Positions 1 through 9,695 of a stretch of 64,000 bases of DNA are shown here, piece by piece. A model generated the notes under the pieces. That model saw nothing but the letters and a program-made list of their open reading frames with translations, ran no database searches and was not told the DNA's origin. Each line of letters begins with the position of its first letter. The stretch's first letter is position 1. The stretch is from positions 5,076,578 through 5,140,577 of the forward strand of contig CP136572.1 of NCBI GenBank assembly GCA_035193785.1. The letters run 5' to 3'. Origin of the DNA: Planktothrix sp. GU0601_MAG3 (lineage in GTDB: Bacteria > Cyanobacteriota > Cyanobacteriia > Cyanobacteriales > Microcoleaceae). Both the position numbers and the translations under genes were made by a program.

Positions 1-20
1 GGGAACCCTCTCACTACTTG

Positions 21-212
21 ACTCAAAACTGATAACTCAAAACTGATAACTCAAAACTGATAACTCAAAACTGATAACTCAAAACTGATAACTCAAAACT
101 GATAACTCAAAACTGATAACTCAAAACTGATTAACTCAAAACTGATTAACTCAAAACTGACAACTCAAAACTGATAACTGATAACTGATGACTGATGACT
201 GATAACTGATTA
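21..212. repeat. 14-bp tandem repeat (ACTCAAAACTGATA)n followed by 7-bp CTGATAA/CTGATGA STRR-type units
   Basis: Directly visible tandem array downstream of sufB. Confidence 0.95.
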
Positions 213-1648
213 ACCAACGGTTTCCTTCTAATTTTAAGCTCAATAATTTATCAGCTTCGACGGCAAATTCCATCGGCAATTTATTGAACACATCTTTACA
301 GAAACCGCTAATCATCATGGACACAGCATCCTCGGCGGAAATTCCCCGTTGGGAAAAATAGAAAAGTTGGTCTTCTCCAATTTTAGAAGTAGAAGCTTCG
401 TGTTCAACTTTGGCGGTATTATTTTCCACCTGAATATAGGGGAAAGTATTGGCTTGCGCTCTATCTCCGATTAACATAGAATCACATTGGGAGTAATTTC
501 TTGCCCCAGCCGCTTTCGGCCCCATTTTGACTAAACCGCGATAACTATTGGAAGATTTCCCAGCAGAAATTCCTTTAGAAATAATCGTGCTCCGGGTATT
601 TTTACCAATATGAATCATTTTAGTTCCGGTGTCTGCTTGTTGTTTATTATTAGTCAGCGCCACGGAATAAAATTCACCCACAGAATTATCCCCAACTAAC
701 AAGCAACTGGGATATTTCCAAGTAATAGCAGACCCGGTTTCTACCTGTGTCCAAGAAATCTTAGAATTGACGCCTTTACATAATCCCCGTTTAGTAACAA
801 AGTTGTAAATTCCGCCCTTGCCTTCTTCATCTCCGGCGTACCAATTTTGCACCGTTGAATATTTGATTTCCGCATTATCTAAAGTCACCAATTCCACCAC
901 AGCAGCGTGCAGTTGATTAGTGTCAAACATCGGGGCGGTACAACCTTCTAAATAGGTGACAGAACTACCTGATTCTGCTACAATTAAGGTGCGTTCAAAC
1001 TGTCCCGAATCCCCGTTATTAATCCGAAAATAGGTAGACAAATCCATCGGACATTGAACGTCTTTAGGAATATAAACAAATGACCCATCACTAAACACGG
1101 CTGAATTCAACGCCGCAAAGAAATTATCGCCAATGGGAACTACACTACCCAAATATTTTTCAATCAGTTCAGGATGTTCCTTAACTGCTTCGGAAATGGA
1201 ACAGAAAATCACCCCATCTTCAGCTAATTTTTCCTTAAAGGTAGTGGCAATCGAAACACTATCAAAAACCGCATCCACGGCCACATTAGACAGGCGTTTT
1301 TGTTCGTTTAAAGAAATGCCTAATTTTTCAAAGGCTTCTAATAAAGTCGGGTCAACTTCTTCTAAACTGGTTTTTTTCTTTTCAACTTTGGGCGCGGAAT
1401 AGTAGATAATAGATTGATAGTCAATCGCCGGATAGTTGACGTGGGGCCAGGTGGGTTTCCTCCATTTTCAGCCATTGTCGATAGGCTCGCAGACGGAAGT
1501 TGAGCATAAACTCCGGCTCATTTTTTTTAGATGAAATCAGGCGCACAACATCCTCACTCAGTCCCCGAGGGATGGTGTCCGACTCGATATCGGTGACGAA
1601 GCCGTATTTGTACGGTTGGTTGACCAGGGTTTTAACAGAAGCACTCAT
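210..1648 (-). CDS. sufB: Fe-S cluster assembly protein SufB (two apparent +1 frameshifts, ~1457 and ~222, probably sequencing errors)
   Basis: [18 protein letters not shown]-terminus, [27 protein letters not shown]; removing one A at each GAAAC restores MEEPTWPH and LEGTVG*. Confidence 0.95.
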
Positions 1649-1704
1649 AAGGTTAAATTTAGTGTTCGACGGTTCTCAAAGAATGACAGACGGGTGGTAG
1701 GCTG

Positions 1705-1768
1705 TAGACTTAAGCAACAGATTTGTTACTTAAGTCTATTTTAGGCTACATTAACAACAAGTGCATTG
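1705..1768. promoter_or_regulatory. Two SufR-type operators (CAAC-N6-GTTG-like) in the divergent sufB/sufR promoter
   Basis: CAACagatttGTTA (1715-1728, inside the longer palindrome TAGACTTAAG..CTTAAGTCTA) and CAACaagtgcATTG (1755-1768), 26 bp apart. Confidence 0.75.
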
Positions 1769-1802
1769 TCAAAGTCCAAATTTATAAATTTTTGTTAAGA
1801 CG

Positions 1803-2477
1803 ATGGCCACCACTCAACACCAGTCCACGAAACATGATATTCTGCAACATCTCCTGAAACAAGCACAGGCAACGGCCCAGGAGTTAGCAGAAACCCTTGA
1901 TATTAGCCCCCAAGCCATTCGTCGCCATCTCAAAGATTTGGAGCAGTCGGGGTTAATTGCCCACAACTCGGTGCAGGTGGGGATGGGACGCCCTCAGCAC
2001 GTTTATGAATTGACAACCCAAGGACGGGAAGGTTTTCCCCACCGTTATGATGAATTTGCAATTTCCTTTTTGGATACTTTAGCGCAAACCGTCGGACATG
2101 AACAGGTCAGTCAAATTTTACATAAACAATGGCAACGAAAAGCCATAGAATATCGGGCAAAAGTTGGCAAGGGTTTATTAAAAGAACGGGTGGAAAAATT
2201 AGTAGAATTAAGAAAAGCTGAAGGGTATATGGCGGAGTGGTATTTGGTGGAGTCAGAACAACCAGATACTCAGCGAGAACGTTATATTTTAACAGAACAT
2301 CATTGTGCAATTTCTAATGTGGCGGAATCCTTTCCCAGTGTTTGTGGCCATGAGTTAGAAATGTTTGAAGAAATCTTAGAAGATTGTACGGTAGAAAGAA
2401 CCCATTGGATTGTCAATGGGGAACATCGTTGTGGATATTTAATTATCGGAGGGAATAGGGAACAGGCTGCGTCGTGA
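1803..2477 (+). CDS. sufR: Fe-S cluster biosynthesis transcriptional regulator SufR
   Basis: N-terminal HTH (ISPQAIRRHLKDLE), GRPQHVY, C-terminal EHHCAI..CGHELE..HRCGY; divergent from sufB. Confidence 0.95.
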   Translation: MATTQHQSTKHDILQHLLKQAQATAQELAETLDISPQAIRRHLKDLEQSGLIAHNSVQVGMGRPQHVYELTTQGREGFPHRYDEFAISFLDTLAQTVGHEQVSQILHKQWQRKAIEYRAKVGKGLLKERVEKLVELRKAEGYMAEWYLVESEQPDTQRERYILTEHHCAISNVAESFPSVCGHELEMFEEILEDCTVERTHWIVNGEHRCGYLIIGGNREQAAS

Positions 2478-2553
2478 GCCGTGAACCGTGAACCGTGAAC
2501 CGTGAAACCGTGAACCGTGAGCCGTGAGCCAGTCGAACGGTCGAACGGTCGAA
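2460..2553. repeat. Dispersed repeat GAACAGGCTGCGTCGTGAGCC plus (CCGTGAA)n and (GTCGAACG)n units; second copy at ~51974-52010
   Basis: Sequence shared with 51974-52010; internal 7-bp tandem units. Confidence 0.8.
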
Positions 2554-2657
2554 CCAGAACACCGGAGGAAAAGACGGATACAAGCCTGGGTTTACTACAC
2601 CAGTCTTTGTCCTAACCGTGTTGCCACAATTGCTATATTAAATAATCAAGTAAAACT

Positions 2658-3032
2658 ATGGAATTTTTAACTCAGGACGAGGCAATTCAAGTAGAGGCAG
2701 CGTTATTATCTTCTAAGGAGAAGTTTTCAACGCGGTTGGCGATTTATGCGCTAAGGTGTTTGAAGGAAATTGCTGAAACTCAAGATATTAAAATTGAAAA
2801 TATTCAACCTGAACAAGTTCAAGACTGGGTTAAAAATGATGATAGTTTTAAAGAAAAATTAGAATTAGATGGAAATTTTCATAATTTTTTTAGTCAATTA
2901 GTAATCGCTTCATTAAAGCCTTTAAAACAAGTATCTCAAGCCGAAAATATTCCTATTCAAGATTTAACAATTAAACAGTTAATTAACTGGTTTGAGCAGG
3001 AATCCAAGAAGAAGTTAGGGCAAGAATCATAA
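2658..3032 (+). CDS. Hypothetical protein (cyanobacterial type)
   Basis: 124-aa ORF with ATG start and plausible composition. Confidence 0.75.
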   Translation: MEFLTQDEAIQVEAALLSSKEKFSTRLAIYALRCLKEIAETQDIKIENIQPEQVQDWVKNDDSFKEKLELDGNFHNFFSQLVIASLKPLKQVSQAENIPIQDLTIKQLINWFEQESKKKLGQES

Positions 3033-3084
3033 TATAGCAACCCTATCTATATAGGATTGCTAGAGATTCAATTGCTGTTTAAAT

Positions 3085-3852
3085 TCAGTGTGCAATCCGA
3101 CCTTCCAAGTGACCATATTGGGTATAATGGGAGAACGCATTGCTAATGACTCCACTATTAATAGCTTGTGCCACATCAGGATTATGCGCTAAATAAGCTC
3201 CTGTGTTAAACTGGCTGCTAGGGTTTCGTCCTTCGTCAGCCCCCGACATGACAAAATGTTCAAAACCTGAATTAAATGCACCCACTTGGACAGCATTTGC
3301 CACGTCAGGATTTGTATTTAAGTAGTAGGATTCGTCATAGAATTGATTCGGTGAACGTCCTTCTGTTTCTCCCGATTTAAGATACTGTTGTAAACCCGAA
3401 GATAAGGTTCCTTGAAAGATAGCTGCATTCACATCAGGATTAGTATTACGATAATATTCCTCATCAAACATTTCAGTTAAATTCTGTTGATGTTGAGGAT
3501 TTTTCAGGACATCATCCCAATGGGTTCCGGTCAGGTTATCCCAACTATTATTATAAGAAATACCCGTTATTGGTTTAACACCTGTTACCGGAATGGATTT
3601 ATAATAATCATCGGAACTATTATTATCCCAGCTATTATCAGAATAACCAGTTATTGTTGGTTTAACACCTGTTACCGGAATGGATTTATAATAATCATCG
3701 GAACTATTATTATCCCAGTTATTATTATAATAACCAGTTTTTGTTGGGTTAATAAATGTCACGGGAAGGGATTTATAATAATCATCGGAACTATTATTGT
3801 CCCAGCTATCGTCATAACCGCCATTGTCATCGTTAGATTCATACTGACTCAT
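3085..3852 (-). CDS. Repeat protein: three 29-aa N-terminal repeats plus C-terminal 'YY..NPDV...G..EGR.P' repeats of the type seen in cyanobacterial surface/Ca-binding proteins
   Basis: 87-bp DNA period (3595/3682/3769); three NPDV modules; RBS GGAG upstream. Confidence 0.8.
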   Translation of the reverse strand: MSQYESNDDNGGYDDSWDNNSSDDYYKSLPVTFINPTKTGYYNNNWDNNSSDDYYKSIPVTGVKPTITGYSDNSWDNNSSDDYYKSIPVTGVKPITGISYNNSWDNLTGTHWDDVLKNPQHQQNLTEMFDEEYYRNTNPDVNAAIFQGTLSSGLQQYLKSGETEGRSPNQFYDESYYLNTNPDVANAVQVGAFNSGFEHFVMSGADEGRNPSSQFNTGAYLAHNPDVAQAINSGVISNAFSHYTQYGHLEGRIAH

Positions 3853-3962
3853 AATCTTTTCTCCTGTTGCGTTTAAATCGACAATATTCGAGAGTTTGAG
3901 AATAAAGCCCTGATGTGTAGAGAACTTTGATAAAACATCCCTACATTTTAATTAAATTTGGG

Positions 3963-4634
3963 TCAAATATCGGCCCATTTTCGTAATAAATTTGCATGAC
4001 TTTTGGCAATTAAGTCAAATTCTATAGTCTTGCCATATTGTTGGAAAATACTTCTACGAGCGGTATCTAAATCAAACAATATTTCTCGTTGAGATGGGTC
4101 ACGAACTAAACTTTGAATCCAAGTAATAGCCACCCAGCGAGTTCCTTCCGTCACCGTTTCCACGCGATGCAAAGTCGAAGACGGATAAACAATCGCCGAA
4201 CCTGCATCCAACTTAAAACTCTGTTCCCCTAGTGAAGTTTCAATCACTAATTCTCCCCCTTTATAGGTATCAGGGTCAGTGAGAAATAGAGTTAATGAAA
4301 CATCAGTTCGAGAGATAGATTCATCCCCCATAATCGCGTTATCAAAGTGGGAACCATAATACATTCCCACATCATAACGACTGAACATAATCGGCCGGAT
4401 TATTTTCGGACGTACCGCTACCTTAAACAGTTCGTTACGCTTTAAAGCTTCGAGAACAATACTTCTCAACTCAGAAGTAATCTCACTATCGGTTTTGATT
4501 TGTTGATTATTTTTAACCGATTTGACGTACCGACCAGCCGTGGTTTTCCCATCTACAAAGTCCGCTTGTTGCAATAGCGTCAAAGTTGTTTTTAGTTCTT
4601 CCGGTGTGAGAACATCTGCGATACAAAAAATCAT
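3963..4634 (-). CDS. PKHD-type Fe(II)/2-oxoglutarate hydroxylase (PiuC/YbiX family)
   Basis: FVDGKTTAG, HFDNA (HxD), TLFLTDP..Y.GGELVI, YPSSTLHRV, WIQSLVRD, NLLRKWAD. Confidence 0.92.
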   Translation of the reverse strand: MIFCIADVLTPEELKTTLTLLQQADFVDGKTTAGRYVKSVKNNQQIKTDSEITSELRSIVLEALKRNELFKVAVRPKIIRPIMFSRYDVGMYYGSHFDNAIMGDESISRTDVSLTLFLTDPDTYKGGELVIETSLGEQSFKLDAGSAIVYPSSTLHRVETVTEGTRWVAITWIQSLVRDPSQREILFDLDTARRSIFQQYGKTIEFDLIAKSHANLLRKWADI

Positions 4635-4640
4635 TAGATT

Positions 4641-4940
4641 TTAGCCTTCTCCCCCTTCACCACTTTCTCCACCTTCATCTCCTTTCTTATCTTTATCCTC
4701 TTTATTGTCATCTTTTTGACCATCTTTGTCGGTTTCAGTAGATGCTTGTAACATCTCAAAGGAGGTAAAAGTATCCCCTGAAGTTGAAATTTCAGAGGCA
4801 ATTTCTTGAATAGAATTAGATGGGGATTGGGTGGTAGAAGCATTAGCAACAGTACCTAATCCGGCAGTTAAAACATAAGCTCCTACTCCCATCCAAATCT
4901 TAGTGCGAGTAGACAGACCATTATTTTTGTTGGTATTCAT
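4641..4940 (-). CDS. Small secreted-type acidic protein (99 aa) ending GDEGGESGEGGEG
   Basis: AAGGA RBS before ATG at 4940; signal-peptide-like segment (KIWMGVGAYVLTAGLGTVANA); stop 6 bp before the hydroxylase start. The longer track ORF runs through a repeat array. Confidence 0.75.
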   Translation of the reverse strand: MNTNKNNGLSTRTKIWMGVGAYVLTAGLGTVANASTTQSPSNSIQEIASEISTSGDTFTSFEMLQASTETDKDGQKDDNKEDKDKKGDEGGESGEGGEG

Positions 4941-5077
4941 GGGTTGATTCCTTTGTTCTTGATTTGAAACTAACTCTAATTTGTCATGGGATAGTGGCGA
5001 AACTGGTGACGAGAGAAAATTATTTTTTAGGTAGTTAGGACATATATTAGGGAACCGGGAGCAGGGGGAGCAGGGGA

Positions 5078-5421
5078 GCAGAGGACAAAGCCGATTAACA
5101 CAGACGAAAATCCGTGAAATCCGCGAAATCCTCCTAAATCCGTGATCCCCATTACCGCCCACAAATTGCAGAGGACAAAGCCGATTAACACAGACAAAAA
5201 TCCGTGAAATCCGCGAAATCCTCCTAAATCCGTGATCCCCATTACCGCCCACAAATTGCAGAGGACAAAGCCGATTAACACAAATAAAAATCCGTGAAAT
5301 CCGCGAAATCCTCCTAAATCCGTGATCCCCATTACCGCCCACAAATTGCAGAGGACAAAGCCAATTAACACAGACAAAAATCCGTGAAATCCGCGAAATC
5401 CTCCTAAATCCGTGATCCCTA
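5078..5421. repeat. 90-bp tandem repeat, ~3.8 copies, with internal AAATCCG(T/C)G subrepeats
   Basis: Units start at 5078, 5168, 5258 and 5348, nearly identical, no unique spacers. Confidence 0.95.
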
Positions 5422-5426
5422 TTATC

Positions 5427-6290
5427 CTAGGTTTTTTGAATATTAGGATTAGGTTGAAGTTTAGTTACTTCTTCTAAATCGGGTAAAACAATTGGATTAT
5501 TCACATTTTGCGTATTGGTTTCCATTAGATTATTAATTGATTCTGTTAATTGACCAGGATTCATAAAGATAATTTTTGAATTCGGACTTTCGCTTAATTG
5601 TTGGTTAGCTTCAACATATTGTTTTGTAATTAAAAATTTCAAAAATTCCTGACTGTTTGTTTTTAATCCCAAAGTATCAGCTAATACTTTAATAGATTGA
5701 GCTTGTCCTTGAGCTTCTAAAATTTCCGCCTGTTTTTGACTTTCAGCAACCCGTTTGCGTTCCATTGACTCCTGTATAGATTTAGGAGGAGTGATATTTT
5801 GAATATCCACCCGAATAATAATAATTCCCCAGGTCTTTGTTCCCTCTGCTAAAGCATATAATAATCTTCTGTTAATGTCTTTAATCTTAGCTAATAATTC
5901 CTCCAGATTAGTTAATCCAATTTCTGCGCGAAGTGTGGTTAAAACCAAATTAGAAATTGCCTCTTGGGTTTTATCAGTTTCAACGTTATAATAAAAGTTT
6001 TTTAAGTCTTCAATTTTCCAAAAAACCGCCGCATTAATTCCCAGGGTGATTTGATCTTTTGTAATCACTTCTTGGGGGTCAATATCTAATAAGCGTTCGC
6101 GGTTAGTATCATAATAAACAATTTTCTCCGCCACCGGAATAATAAATTGGAGTCCTGGTTTTAGAGTCCGTCTATATTTACCTAATCGTTCAACAATGGC
6201 TTGGTCACTGGTACTAACCACCTTCACCGAAGAATTAAGTGTAAATCCAATGATGATGGGAAATAAAATACCCAAAATATACTGGAACAT
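5427..6290 (-). CDS. SPFH/band 7 (stomatin/paraslipin-like) membrane protein
   Basis: N-terminal TM, AIVERLGKY, PQEVITKD, RVDIQNITPP. Confidence 0.9.
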   Translation of the reverse strand: MFQYILGILFPIIIGFTLNSSVKVVSTSDQAIVERLGKYRRTLKPGLQFIIPVAEKIVYYDTNRERLLDIDPQEVITKDQITLGINAAVFWKIEDLKNFYYNVETDKTQEAISNLVLTTLRAEIGLTNLEELLAKIKDINRRLLYALAEGTKTWGIIIIRVDIQNITPPKSIQESMERKRVAESQKQAEILEAQGQAQSIKVLADTLGLKTNSQEFLKFLITKQYVEANQQLSESPNSKIIFMNPGQLTESINNLMETNTQNVNNPIVLPDLEEVTKLQPNPNIQKT

Positions 6291-6399
6291 AATTTTTTTA
6301 AAAAATTATAATTGAATCGGAGGGCATCCCCCGCCATTGTAGCATAATCTTGAAGCAATCTGTCCCTATCCCCTTAAAAAAGGGGAGGGATTTAAAAGA

Positions 6400-8287
6400 T
6401 TAGGTTGAGGATTGAATTACACCGGAATGTTCAGTAATTCCCCCCACGGGTTCAAAGCGTCCTCCTAAATATTTAGCCAGAAATTCTTCAGCCACCGCAT
6501 AGAAATGTAAGCGATTTTCAGGACGGGCAAAACCATGTCCTTCATCGGTATATAACACATATTCTACAGGTTTACCAGCTTGTTTCATTGCCTCAAAAAT
6601 CTGCTCACTTTCCGCCTGTTTAACCCGGGGGTCATTTGCCCCTTGACCAATCAATAAAGGTTTCACAATCCGGTCAACAAAAAACAAAGGCGAGCGCTCT
6701 TTTAAAAATTCCGGTTCCGTGTCTAAATTGCCGACCCGATGATAGAAATTCTTGCGAATGGGTTCCCAATAGGGCGGAATACTTTGCATCAAAGTAATAA
6801 TATTACTCGGCCCGACAATATCCACACCACAGGCAAAAACTTCAGGAGTAAATGTTAACCCCACTAGGGTTGCATAGCCCCCATAAGACCCGCCCATAAT
6901 TGCGATTTTGTCCGGTTGGGAAATGCCCTTTTCCACTAACCAATTCACCCCATCAATTAAGTCCTGGTGCATTTTTCCCGCCCATTCTCGGTTGGCGGCA
7001 TTCAAGAAGGCTTTTCCATACCCGGTTGATCCCCGGAAATTGACCTGTAAGACCGCGTAACCCCGGTTAGCTAACCATTGGGCTTGGGAGTCATAACCCC
7101 AGGTATCTCGCGCCCAGGGGCCGCCATGAACTAACAGCACCGTGGGGGCGGGAAGCTCAACGCCAACGGGTTTGGTTAAATAACCATGAATGGTTAACCC
7201 ATCAATTGCGGTGTAAGAAATGGGTTCCATGGAGGCTAAAGATAAGCCTTCTAATTTGGGTTTATTGCTGAATAAAAAGCTGTGGGTTTTGGTGGGGCGA
7301 TCGTAAACGTAAAAATACACTGGGCCGTCATCGGTGACGAAACTAATTAACCATTTTTCATCGGATAATGTTCGACTAATGCCAAATTCCCCCGGACGAA
7401 TTTGTTTAATTGCCTCTATATCCTCGGCAATAATCGGGTCAATAATTTGCCATTCTTCCTTATCTTTATAAAAGGAAACCGCCTCAATCTTGCGGGTGGT
7501 GGGATGGGCTAATAATCCGCCAATATCATATTCAGGATCTTCAGCAATTACTGTTTCTTGACGGGTGGATAAATCCAAGGCAATTAATCGTTCAGCATTG
7601 GCATCATGGTTACCCACCATGTACAAAATTTTGCCATCATTAGAAAAGAAAGCCGCCCCGCCTTCTTCATTCGGCCCCCAATGACGCAGGGTTTCCCAAG
7701 GATGTTCGGGGGTTTCTCGATATAATAAATCAAACCCACCATCATCGGTGCTAGAACTGGCAGCCCGAATTTTAAAGTCAGCATCAGCCGTCCAACTAAC
7801 AATATTACCCGGATTTTCGGTATGAAAATCAACGGCGCCATTTTTTAAATTCACCTGATAAACGTCAAAAACCTGCGGGTCTCTCAGGTTCATTCCCACT
7901 AAAATTTGATCGGGAAAATTGTGATCTAAATTAACGACGTGCGAGTTAACTCCTTGAAATGGAGTTAGGTCTCGGACAACGTGGGTTTGGACATTGACTA
8001 AATACAAATGCCAATTTTCATCGCCATCGGAGTCCTGAACATAGATCAGTTGATCTGGGTTATATGTCCAGAAAAACACTCTAATTCCCCGTTTCGGATC
8101 ACGAGTCAAAGATTGGGTTTCTTCCTGTCCAACGGTTTTTAACCAAACCTGTAAAATATTCTTTTCATCTGGGGCAATATAGGCCAGATATTTACCATCG
8201 GGGGACAAACGGGGGCTAGTACGTTTCCGGGTTGCCAAATAGCAAATCCCGGGGAATTAAAGGGGGAAGTTCGGTTGTCGTGGCCAT
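6400..8287 (-). CDS. S9 family (prolyl oligopeptidase/acylaminoacyl) peptidase; apparent frameshift at ~8225
   Basis: VHGGPW, GGSYGG nucleophile, NDPRV, DEGHG; true start MATTTELPPLIPRDLLFGNPE at 8287. Confidence 0.93.
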
Positions 8288-8415
8288 GCTTTATGTATTC
8301 AAAACTTAACTTTTTCTATTGTGACTTAATTTTCCCATGTTGAGGGGAAACTAAGCTCCCCCATCTTCCGGTTAACCCTTGGGAATTAAATAGATCAGCC
8401 ACAGTCCACTACTTC

Positions 8416-8913
8416 TTATTGGCATCCTTGGACAGAAAGGGTGTAACTATATCCCAAGACTTTAACTCCTCCGACATTGACATTAACTTGATAGGGTTGA
8501 CTATCTGATCGGGGAGTGCCACTAATTTGTTGTGATTGATTTTGGTCAAGGGGAATATCGCCTTCAAAGACTTGATCCGCAGTATCATCTGGATATTTTA
8601 GGTACATTTTAATTTTAAATATTCCTGGGTCATTAGATAAAGATTGAATCGTTGCAATATACTCAGTAAAGGTAGCATTGTTCGGAACGACAAAATCCGT
8701 GTCCCAGTTGCCTCGATAACCTACGGGAATCCGAGGAATAGTTCCCAGATTGGGGGCAGATACTTGTTTTGTAACACTTGTTCCGTCACCTTTAACAACC
8801 GCTAAAGAGGTGCAAGTTTGGGCATTTGCTGATAAACTGATGGGGAGTAATACAGTTAAGATTGCCAGAGAAAATAGAGGTCGAATCATTATTTTTGTCA
8901 TAGGATTAATCAA
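8416..8913 (-). CDS. Secreted hypothetical protein
   Basis: Signal peptide ending ANA-Q, NWDTDFVVP motif, Cys near both ends of the mature part. Confidence 0.75.
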   Translation of the reverse strand: MINPMTKIMIRPLFSLAILTVLLPISLSANAQTCTSLAVVKGDGTSVTKQVSAPNLGTIPRIPVGYRGNWDTDFVVPNNATFTEYIATIQSLSNDPGIFKIKMYLKYPDDTADQVFEGDIPLDQNQSQQISGTPRSDSQPYQVNVNVGGVKVLGYSYTLSVQGCQ

Positions 8914-9151
8914 GATTTTATCGTTCGTCCTACATTTTTGAATACTGTCATCAGTGAACTCCTATTAAGGCTTACCTGGAAACCCATCGACTATCGAGGC
9001 TTTTCTCCAAGACTGTCCTTTTACTCAGGGGGAAGTTTTAGATCCAAGTTATCGGCCGAACGCAGAAAACAATTAGCCCGACAAATCGCTATGATATTTG
9101 GATAAAACATAAAATCAAGAGCAACATCTTAGAAAATCTCAAATTTCTTAT

Positions 9152-9652
9152 ATGAGAGACGTTTCAGTATCCATCTGTCCCGTACCCCCCGAACAACGTC
9201 CTGTTAATGAATACCAAGAATTGAAAGAATCTTGGTTTTTTAGCTGGGTAACACTCAACTGGCCCCAATATTTGAGAAAATTATTCTGGGTGTGGTTAAT
9301 TAGCTGGGTAATTTTTTGCCCCGTAGCGGCGGCGAGTTTTACACCCAGCAAATATCTGGGTCAATTAATTCTCGGTGCGGCCGGGGGAGCAAGTTTTATT
9401 TTAACCTTAGTCGTGATTCGGTTATCTTTAGGCTGGTACTATATTAGATCGCGTCTACTCAGTCCTAGAATTTTCTACGAAGAATCGGGATGGTATGACG
9501 GCCAAACCTGGCTGAAAACCCCGGAATTTTTAGTCCAAGATCGGTTAATTCTCACCCATCAAGTCCAACCAATTCTGACTCGATTACGACAAACCTATTA
9601 TGGTTTAGCCGGATTATTGCTCGGTGGAGGATTAATCTGGATCTTGTTATGA
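9152..9652 (+). CDS. ycf36: CGLD27/Ycf36 (DUF1230) family protein
   Basis: CPVPPEQRPVNEYQEL, YEESGWYDGQTW. Confidence 0.88.
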   Translation: MRDVSVSICPVPPEQRPVNEYQELKESWFFSWVTLNWPQYLRKLFWVWLISWVIFCPVAAASFTPSKYLGQLILGAAGGASFILTLVVIRLSLGWYYIRSRLLSPRIFYEESGWYDGQTWLKTPEFLVQDRLILTHQVQPILTRLRQTYYGLAGLLLGGGLIWILL

Positions 9653-9695
9653 ACAGTTACCTACCCTATCCAATATAAACTCTAAATTTTAAAAT

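Noticed and set aside
4960..5030. Fur box upstream of the peptide/hydroxylase pair
   Set aside because: AT-rich sequence with only weak similarity; cannot be supported without a matrix scan.
5078..5421. CRISPR array
   Set aside because: Whole 90-bp units repeat; there are no unique spacers and no cas genes.
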